Part shown: in pieces, positions 26,291 through 36,575 of the stretch
How positions within the stretch are numbered: position 1 is the first letter of the stretch
Layout of the letters: each line of letters starts with the position of its first letter
Assembly: GCA_044892525.1 (NCBI GenBank)
Contig: CM097885.1
Location: 12,774,001 to 12,838,000, forward strand
Source: Schmidtea polychroa
Taxonomy: Eukaryota
DNA length: 64,000 nt
Direction: 5' to 3'
The notes under the pieces: model-generated
Told to the model about the DNA's origin: nothing
The model's database searches: none
Seen by the model: the letters and a program-made list of their open reading frames with translations, nothing else
Program-made: the position numbers and the translations under genes

Positions 26291-27332
26291 TTTTAAAATT
26301 TATTAACAAAAAGTTGAAATAATAGAAGGTGTTTGAGAATTGAAATTTTTTAATGAAAATTTTAATGAAATAATTTTTTAAGTAATTTTTAATAGACATT
26401 TTTATGGAATAATTTTTTAAGTTCATTTTTAATGGAGATTTTTATGAAATATTTTTCAATGTTAATTTTAGATGGAAATTTTTAAGATAATTTTTAATGA
26501 AAATTTTTTTGAAATATTTTTTAAAGACAAATTTTAATAATAATTCAACAACAAAACAACAACTTAGTACCAACAACCAGTAACTTACGAACATGTATTA
26601 ACAACCAGATACCTACAACTAGTTACTAACAAATAGTTACCTGATAGCAACCAACTAGATACCAAGTACTAACAACCAACATCAACCAGATACCTACAAC
26701 TAGTTACTAACAACTAGTTACCTGCTACCAAGTACATACAACCAACATCAACCAGCTACTAAGCATTATCAACCAACTACTAAGTACCTACAACTAGTTA
26801 CTAACAACCAGTTACCAGATACCAAGTACATACAACTAGGTACTAAGCATTAATTACCAACTACTAAGTACCTACAACAGCCTACCAAGTACATACAACC
26901 AACTAACAACCAGACACTAAGCATTATCAACCAAGTACTAACAACCAAGTAACTTACCTATTACTAAGCACTGTCAACTAGATACCAAACACTTACAACC
27001 AGATGACCACATGAAATTATTGGTTAAATATAAAAATAAGGATTACATTTAGTTGTTAAGTAAATTATATTGTAAAATTAAGAAATAAAGAATAATTAGG
27101 TAAAATAAGGATAAATTAAGGAAAATTAAGGTTCAAAATTTAAAATTAAGTAACCAATGGTTTAAATTTTAAATTAAAGCTAAATGAGTAAATTAAAGTA
27201 ATAATTTTTAAATAAGTAATGTAATAAGTAAATTAAACTAAGATTTTTAAATTTATTATCAAAAGATTGAATAACCACCAACTTTTTTGAGAAATGTAAT
27301 TTATAATGAAAATTTAAATGGAAATTTTAATG

Positions 27333-27420
<88 letters not shown>

Positions 27421-30400
27421 TATAATTATAATAATAATTAAACAGTTACCAACAATCGGTTACTAAATATTTTTAACTAGGTGCTAACAAATACTTTCAA
27501 CATGATATCACGTACTAACTAACTCTCAAACAACCACATACTTACAAATTAACAAATATCAACCTACAACTATATAACAACAATCAGTAAACAACACTGT
27601 ACCAACTACCAAATACAAGATATCAACAACTAGATACCAAGTACCAACAATCAGTTAATAGCAATATAATAGCAAAATAATAACAATTAAATACAAAATA
27701 TTCTTCATCACATACACTATCTTCTTATCAAAATCGAAAAAGTCAACCAACTACTTACAACCTACAACTATGTACTAACAAATTGATCTTTAAAAGAAAA
27801 TGCTCTTCGCCTGAAAATATTGGATGAAAAATTAATTGAACTCAAGGCACTTTTAAGATTTACCAATAACTAGGTAAAAATTGATTAAATTTTTGTAAAA
27901 AAAATTAAATTATTCAAAATATACCAAATAATTATTATAAAAATGTAATTAATGGACAAGAAAAAAATCTAGTCATTAATCATCCAGTAAATAAAAAAAA
28001 ATATTTGATCATTCAAGTTGAATCAACTAAGATAATAAATGAATAAGATAAGATTTAGTAGATAATTGATTTAGATTGAATAAATTAATTGAAATAAAAT
28101 TAATTTTAATTATTTTTTTTAAAAGTAATACATGTACTCAAATTGATTGACTGATTGCTCCAAATATTCAAAAATCAGTATAAATTCATTAAAATTATCA
28201 ATGTCATCAATCTACAATAAAAATAATTATCATTAAATTCCTAAAGAGACTAGAAAACTAACAAACCAGTAAATTCATTTAAATGACAATAATTGGTATA
28301 TCCAAGTGAATTCTCCAATAAAATCATCTAAAATGCATCAAATTTCATATATTCATATATTCACCTCAAACTAATAAGATTCCTTAAAATCCCTTAAATG
28401 ACTATATTTCAACCCTTAATTCATATTATTACAAATATCATCTAAAAAGCATCAAATTTCCTTGAAATAACTCTATCTTTAAAGATTGATATTTTAATGA
28501 TAAATATCCTTAAAAGGTTATATATTTACCTCAGACTAATAAGATTGCTTAAAATCCCCTTTAAATTACTATAATTCTAACTTTAATTCCTATTATCACG
28601 AATATTTTCCTATAAAACATGTAAAATAATTTGGTCATTAACCCTAAAATAATTTATGAAATCTAATGATAAAACCGGTTATAATTAAATTTTTATTCTA
28701 AAAATAAATCACTCTATTTGAAATTTTAAATAAATATTACTACAATATAACTGACTAGGTCCCATTGAAAGATTAAATTTATCCATTCAATTAAATATAT
28801 TTCTTCAAATGATCATTTTTACCGATATTCAACCAATATATTTACTAATTAAAATCAATCGATAGATTTCTTCCAATAAAGATCAATTTTTTTTAGTCAA
28901 TGTTTTAAGTCCATATTTCTAAACTTTTGTCGTTGTCCGTCTAAATAAAGATAAAAATAATTTAAAGTTGATATCAATCCCAATTATCTGTAAAGTTTTC
29001 ATTGTCAAAACCAAGTAAATAGATCATTATCCCTACTTAATAAAACATTGTTCTAAGACATAAATCTAAATTAATTTACTGTGCATTAATCACAACCTAA
29101 TAAAACGATATAATTATTATTGATTCATAAGTGACTAATGTATTGCAATTTCCCTTAAAACATTGATATTTTACCAACATCACCCTTAAAAAATCATATA
29201 TTCCCATCTTAACCTATCCTTCATTAAATTCAATCGACTATATCTCCTTTACAATGATATATTCCTACCTTATCCGATCTCTCATTAAATCTAACCGACT
29301 ATATCTCCCTCAAAAGATCATATTTTCCCATCTTAACCGATCTCTCAGCAAATATTTCTACCCCTTTAAACATCTAGCCGAATATATCCATTAATTCTAC
29401 CCACTTGAATCCTCCTTTAATTCAGTCAATCCTCTTAAAATCATTAGAGAACTTCAAAAATATGACTTAATTGTTATAGACACCAGACATTCTTCCATTG
29501 AAATAATTTAGAAGCTAAATAATAAGAGTTCACTAAAAGATCAAAATTCACTAAAATTTTCTACAAATATTTACCATCAAATACCTAACTGGAAATGATA
29601 TATATTGTTTGATCATAATTCTTCAGCTATTCAACCAATCATTTTCAAGCAATAACAACAAACTAAATTTCTGTATATCCTACAATAATTATCAAGTAAA
29701 TTTAAAGTCCTTGATAAAGTTAACTGGTTTCTTAGCTTATGTTTTCTAAAGATCATCAATGTGTAAATATTCTTAGAAAATTATTTATTCAAATGCATTA
29801 CAAAGTCATCAAAAATTTATTCTATCACTTAATTATTAACCTAATTATCAATGAAATTAATTTTTATTTAAAAACTATTCAATAAAATACAACTAATTAT
29901 CAAGAAATTAATTAAATTTAATTAAATTTATCACCATTAAAACTTTTAATCAGTCAACATGAAATTCTTAGAAAATTGTTCAATATCCTCATAAAAATTT
30001 ATCCTATCACTTGATTATTGTACAAACTCTAATTATTAACCTCGTTGAAAATAATTTTTATTTAAAATTAAAAAACAAGTCAATAAAAATTCATCCAATT
30101 ATCAAGAAATTAATTAAATTTATCTTAGAACTAGCTTTAAATATTCATTCAATAAACATGAAATTTGCAAAAATGATAGATATCCACAAAAAATTACGGA
30201 AATTCATGAAAATATTAGAAATTCACAAAAAATGATGGAAATCCACAAAAAACGATAAAAATTCACAAAAATGATAGAAATTTACTTGAATATTTACTAA
30301 AACCATCAACTCTAAAAGTTATCAATGCCTTAAACAACAAATTTGCCTAAATAATCATTCAAATAAAAGCAATAAATACCTTTATGATCAGTACCCTTGC

Positions 30401-31888
30401 GACATGTTGAATGTGAGTAATACCCTTGTGAGCAATACCCATAGGGGGACAGAATATTTTGTCGGATAAACTCAGAGTATATATTAATTAACTCATTCAA
30501 ATTTATCATTGAATCAGTAAAATTATCATAATTTCGATAAAATTTCTAATGTGGTAAGCAATGTAAAATGAAAAGAGAAATATTCTTTAAACGTTGATAA
30601 AATTAACAATTAAGGGGGGTAAGAATCTTCATTTAAGTGAGGAAATTATTCATTACTCGATGATAAATTCAAATGGGTGAAAATAATTGGTAGAATAATT
30701 CATTAATGGATCATGGGAGGTAAATACTGAGAAGGGGCATAGATAAGATGAAGGTTGATAAGAATGGAAGTATATTAATTGAATTTATTTAAAATTATTT
30801 CATAAAATTCATAAATTTAATAAAAGAAAATCTTAAAACAAATATTTGTGGGGATGTTTTAAGTGAATAATTAATGGAAATTCGGGGGGGGGGGGGTGGG
30901 GGTTATAAGTGATTAAATAATGGAATATTTAAAAATTGGAGGCTATAAGTGAGGAGGATATTTTAAGCTAGTTTATTACATAACAAGCCGTGTCTATTTT
31001 ATTACATAACAAGCTGTGAAAGGTATTTTACCAACATTTTACCAAATTTTTACCTAGTATATAATTTTAATTATATTTTTAAATTGTATATATTTTGAAT
31101 ATCATTCTATTGTTTTATTCCAATAATAAGTTTAAAAAGTCTATAATGATTAATAAATTAATATATTGTTAACATTTATTTGAGAATTTTAAAAAACTTT
31201 ACTTAAATTTTGTAAAGTATTTAATTTTGATTTAATTTTTAAGACAAATATTTGGTTGATAATTTATGATAATTGCTTTTGAAATATTTTAGTGTAAAAT
31301 AGTAAAAGACTTTTTAAAAAAAAATTTACTTTCTATTACCTAATTCCATCACTAAGTTTAAAAAAGTCTAGACTGTTAATAAATCAATTTCTTATTAGTA
31401 GTATGATGTGAGCTCCCCAGAACATGAGCTCCCCGCGACACATATACCCCCTCCCCCCGGGAAAAACTTTTTTTTTAAATTTAATTTTTTGTTTTAATTA
31501 ATTGGTCCAGAGGGCTCACACTTTTTTTCATCCCAAAAATTAATGTTCCCACCAACGGATTTTATTGAACGATACCTCATCTTAAAGCTCAGTCCAAGAC
31601 CTTTCGAATGAGCTATAGGTATCTTATATATCTTTAATAGTTTTAATGTTATTAACAATTGATGACCACCATCTTTTCAATGTTAAATTATTATTATTTT
31701 CCAAAATATTATTAATTGGCCGGGCGGGCTCCTACTTTTTTTCATCCCAAAAGTTATCGTTCCCATTATCCGAATTTATTAATCGATAGCTTATTTTGAA
31801 GCTGAGTCTAAGACCTTTCGATTGAGCCATAGCAGGTATCATCATCATTAACATCGGCAAAGTTATTAATGTTTTCCCGAGACCATTT

Positions 31889-32085
31889 TCAAGGTCATTT
31901 ATTTTTTCAAAATATTATTTTTCAAGGTCACTTATTTTTTTTCAAGGTCATTTATTTTTTTCAAGGTCATTAATTTTTTCAAGGTAAAGGTCATTTTTTA
32001 ATTTAATTTTTTGTTTTAATTAAGTGATCATTTACTTTTTCAAGGTCATTTATTTTTTCAAGGTCATTTAATTTTTCAAGGTCAT
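31889..32085 (+). promoter_or_regulatory. Array of TCAAGGTCA motifs (NR5A/ERR-type monomeric nuclear-receptor site); copies at ~36855-37067, ~48592-48802, ~53594-53789
   Basis: Many exact TCAAGGTCA copies spaced by T-rich linkers. Regulatory function is inference. Confidence 0.5.
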
Positions 32086-34223
32086 ATTTTAAAATTTAAA
32101 TGTACAGAGTTCCCGCCAACAAATATTATTCAACGATAGCTCATTTTAAAGCTCGGTCCAAGACCTTTCGATTGATCCATAGAAGGTATCATCACCATTA
32201 ATATTGACAAAGTTATTAACATTTAACCAAAAATCATTTTCAATGTCATATAATTATTCAAAAATATTATTAAGTGGTCTGGCGGTGACCAGGTTTTCGT
32301 TTGCCCAAAAGTTATCGTTCCCATTATCCGAATTTATTAATTGATAGCTTATTTTGAAGCTTATTGCAAGATCTATCTACTGATGACAAATCTTTCAATG
32401 ATATTTTGCTAAATTACCTTATTATATTATTATTATTTTAATGACTAAATTAACCAATATTCATAAATTGATCGCACAAAATATCCATGTTTTGGTTACT
32501 CAAACATCTTAAATTTCTCGCAAATATATACTACGACCAATGATCATCTCATTAAATAAGCAAATAATTGTAACCCTATATTTCTAACTAATAAGCCCCT
32601 TAATTGGTTAAATGATAACCATGTTTCTATTATGACTCCTTTAATTATTTTTGCCTCAAACAAATTTACTCCAAATGATAAAGAATTTAAAATTATCAAT
32701 GAATATTGACCATGTTTTTTCTCATTTTTAACTATTGTAACGAACATTAGATGAATAAATTACCTTTTGCTTTAAATGACTACAAAGTTAACCAATAAAT
32801 TAGTCGCTCGACATAAGTGTAAATTTACATTTAAAATATTCACGAATTTCTGATCATCTCACTAAATTACCTAAGAATTTCTAACTGATTAATATTGCGA
32901 CATGTTGAATGTGAGTAGTACCCTTGCTAGCAATACCCATAGGGGGACAGAATATTTTGTCGGATAAACTCGGAGTATATGGTCTTTATTGATATATCAA
33001 AATACTGTTATTTATAAATTAACTAAAACATACTCAAAAATACTATATTATTTTACTGAAGGATACCTTAAATGTTTTTAATATACCTATGAAAATAGAA
33101 TTTTTTTGAACAAAAATTAGCGAAATTGAGAACAAGGTGATAACTGAACAAACGATTAGATGGCGATTAACTTCTGGCCACAACCCTAAAAACATGAAAA
33201 TTAAGATTTTAATTATTGAATTCGTTTTTTTCTGCCTGGAAATACTAACAGAATATTTTTTAATTCAAAGAATCTTCATTATAAATTTTTGAATTTAAAA
33301 AATTAAATGAAGGATATATTAAATTTACAATACATAATATTATAATATTATATAAAATTATACTATATAATAATGTTTAAATATGCTTAAATAACTAAAT
33401 TGTTTAAATATTTTTAAATAACTAAATTTAAATTATTTAAATAAACTTTTCATATAACTTTATTTCTTTCGATTTAGTATCCATAAAGTAAGTAAATAAA
33501 GAATTTATTATAATATTTTAATTATTTTACTTAGTAATGAAGAAAATGAATTATGAAGAAGATGAACCAGACAGAATGGTGAAACACTAAAGGACTTATG
33601 TTCTGGATTTAGAGATTTTTTATTAAAACATGAATTATTGGATTATGAAGAAGATGAACCAGACAAAATGGTGAAACACTAAAGGATTTATAGTTCCCGA
33701 TTTCTTAAATGAATTAGCTGATTGTGGGTGTCCTTCAACATGAATGTTTACTTAAATTATGTAAACTTTCTCTCAACGAATGTCAAGAAAAATTGGAAAA
33801 AACCGATGTTTTAGCAATTAAGTACTCGTCATACCTGAAGAATATTATTATTAATGTAAGACATGAATTAATTCTTTAAAATATATTATATTATATTTAG
33901 GTATCTGTGTTTTATGGTGGGAAATGATAAGAAAAAGTATACCACAAATAACAGTTGCCTAATAGTCAGACAGAATTTAATTTGTGATGATAAAATGCTA
34001 GATAATGTAAGTTAATTGCTTTTAAATCAATATAAATTTTAGCAATGATAGTTGACGCAGCATCAGAAACTAAGAAATGCGTCCAATTTGCAAGATGTAT
34101 TCCAAATGGCCCGATGGAGATGATAATTTTGATTACCAACAGAAGAGAGAGAAACCTTTTGTAAATTAAATATAATAGGGTTGGGTGGGTCCTCTTTATC
34201 CCTTAATTAATATATATTTACAA

Positions 34224-34578
34224 GCTGATCGTCGTGGTGGGCGGTTGTAATCCAACTAGTGGGAGGCCTCTGTAAATATATATTTGTGTTAGTGAAAACA
34301 TTAATTAATTTGGTTATAGTGCCAATGACGCATGTATTTTGAAATTATACGTTTCGAATGTGCTGGTAGTTGACTACCCATGCTAGGCGTAATGTTCCGT
34401 ACGGAAAGCTATAATGCCCAGGTTCTTCTGACCCCACTTGGGGGAGGCACAGACGACCCTTGTGGACGCGAACAAATATCCACCGTGTCTTTCAGGCACA
34501 GATATTTGGTCACTGCTCATTAGGCCTGGCAATACTAAATGCATAAACTTTGCCTTGTCCTCTCTTGTCTTGATTTTT
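34224..34578 (+). ncRNA. 7SL/SRP-RNA-like gene (~355 nt): Alu domain and helix 5 present, S domain non-canonical
   Basis: GCT-GATCGTC-gtggtg-GGCGGT-TGTAA-TCC-aactagtg-GGA-GGC matches the register of the metazoan Alu domain (helices 2-4, UGUNR motif). TTTGGTTATAGTGCCAATGACG and GTCACTGC..GCCTGGCAA resemble the two strands of 7SL helix 5. 34283-34294 can pair with 34533-34547. A T5 tract (34574-34578) could be a Pol III terminator. The segment is a GC-rich island in AT-rich DNA. Confidence 0.75.
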
Positions 34579-34885
34579 ATCGTTTAAATATTAAAGTGTG
34601 TGTTATAAGTTTTATTTACTAACCTTAATTAATATACCCTTGCGATATGTTGAATGTGACCAGTACCCTTGCTAGCAATACCCATAGGGGGACAGAATAT
34701 CTTGTCGGATAGACTATGAGTATATACACCCATGTTAAGCAAGGTATGTGTATATAGAATGTATGTATAAAATTATCGCTCCTTATTGACAACTTCCTGT
34801 AAAGGCAAACACAGAATACTGCAAACATACTCTACCCCATAACTTAGTGTGTAAAAATTATTTTAGGTTTTTGACTAATATTTGC

Positions 34886-34972
<87 letters not shown>

Positions 34973-35093
34973 GTTTAATGGATTGTGTATGTATGTAGAC
35001 AATTTTTTAGGTTTTCACTAATATTGATAATAATAATGGTTAATGGATTGTGTGTGTGTGTAAAAATATTTTATGTTTTTGACTAATATTTGC

Positions 35094-35151
<58 letters not shown>
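34886..35151. repeat. (AAT)n microsatellites inside ~100-bp GGATTGTGTATGTGTAGA..AGGTTTTCACTAAT repeats; further (AAT)n tracts at ~27335-27420, ~35894-35972, ~43977-44055 and mirror copies
   Basis: Read directly. The poly-Ile ORFs in the track come from such tracts. Confidence 0.9.
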
Positions 35152-35153
<2 letters not shown>

Positions 35154-35890
35154 GTTTAATGGATTGTGTATGTGTGTAGAAAATATTTTAGGTTTTCACT
35201 AATAATAATAATAGTAATAATAATAATAATAATAACTCCCGCGTGTGTTAATACTTTAAAAGAAAATATTGAAAATTCAAAAATTAATAATAATATTTAT
35301 GCAAAGCATGTGCAATAATTATGTCTTTGTTAAATAAGTCAACCTTAGCGTCAAAATAAGTTTTTAAAATATATTTAAAATACCGCAACGTAATATATTT
35401 TTGTCCTACCCCTTCATTGATTTAAGTTGGTCAGAATTTAATAATAATTTTAATAATAATACTTTGAAATTGTATTTGAAAATAATTTACGACATGTTGA
35501 ATGTGAGTAGTACCTATGTGACCAGTACCTTTATGACCATTACCCTTAGGGGACAGAATATCTTGTCAGATAGATTATATATGATATATGATAATAATAT
35601 TCCCCGCGCACGTAATAATAAATATTAATAATAATAGTAATAATAATAATAATAATAATAATACTTTGAACTTGTATTTGAAAATGTTATGAACTGTGGA
35701 GATGATGAATGTGTTAATAAATTTTAGTTTGAGTGTATATTTAAAGTATAATATTTAGAATTTCTTTGTTAAAGTTTTGTCTTGAATATTTTGATCAGTA
35801 CCTTTGTGAGCAATACCCATGTGACTTGTTGAGTGTGAGTAGTACCCATTGGGGGCAGAATATCTTGTCGGATAGACTAGGAGTATATAG

Positions 35891-35973
<83 letters not shown>

Positions 35974-35975
<2 letters not shown>

Positions 35976-36538
35976 GACCTTGAAAAAATAAATGACCTTG
36001 AAAAAATAAATGACCTTGAAAAAATTAAATGACCTTGAAAAATTAAATGACCTTGAAAAATTAAATGACCTTGAAAAAAAAGATCACTTAATTAAAACAA
36101 AAAATTAAATTAAAAAATGACCTTGACCTTGAAAAATAAATGACCGTGAAAAGTAAATGGCCTTGAAAAAGTAAATGACCTTGAAAAAAAATGATCACTT
36201 AATTAAAACAAAAAAATTAAATGAAAAAATGACCTTGGATGAGTCATCACTATGCGTCATATGACCTTGAGAATGACCTTGGATGAGTCATGCTACCTTG
36301 AAATGACCTTGAAAAAATAAATGACCTTGAAAAAATAAATGACCTTGAAAAAGTAAATGACCTTGAAAAAAAGATCACTTAATTAAAACAAAAAATTAAA
36401 TTAAAAAATGACCTTGACCTTGAAAATAAATGACCTTGATGAGTCATCACGGTGAGTCATATGACCTTGGGAATGACCTTGAAAAAAAATAAATGACCTT
36501 TAAAAAATAATATTTTGAAAAAATAAATGACCTTGAAA
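35974..36538 (-). promoter_or_regulatory. Dense TGACCTTGA array interleaved with AP-1-type TGAGTCA sites (mirror at ~49120-49682)
   Basis: Numerous TGACCTTG(A) copies; TGAGTCA at 36240, 36284, 36440 and 36453; TGCGTCA at 36253. Confidence 0.5.
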
Positions 36539-36575
36539 ATGGTCTCGGGAAAATGTTAATAATTTTGCAAATTAT

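Larger units (their letters stand above)
25098..32363 (+). repeat. Arm L1 (7.27-kb left terminal inverted repeat)
   Basis: Inverted relative to 36576-42587 and 53315-61428, direct relative to 42586-49081. Identity ends at ...TTTTGAAGCTTA (32363). Confidence 0.92.
32364..36575 (+). other. Core U1 (4.2-kb spacer between the inverted arms of unit 1)
   Basis: Not mirrored within unit 1. Its reverse complement is 49082-53314. Confidence 0.92.

Noticed and set aside
30011..30235. 74-aa ORF present four times (30011, 38735, 46697, 55458)
   Set aside because: TTG start, low-complexity I/K/N composition from AT-rich repeats, no domain. Its recurrence only reflects the arm duplications.
33535..34165. 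Protein-coding multi-exon gene in the core
   Set aside because: Manual splicing at the obvious GT-AG sites gives phase mismatches and stops, so it is kept only as a lncRNA or decayed-gene hypothesis.
34290..34560. RNase P/MRP, U3, tRNA or rRNA identity for the structured island
   Set aside because: I found no P4 pseudoknot consensus pair, C/D boxes, cloverleaf or rRNA motifs. The Alu-domain match fits much better.
35766..36032. Poly-Ile ORFs (also 49625-49906) and other short core ORFs
   Set aside because: They are translations of (AAT)n and TGACCTTGA repeats.
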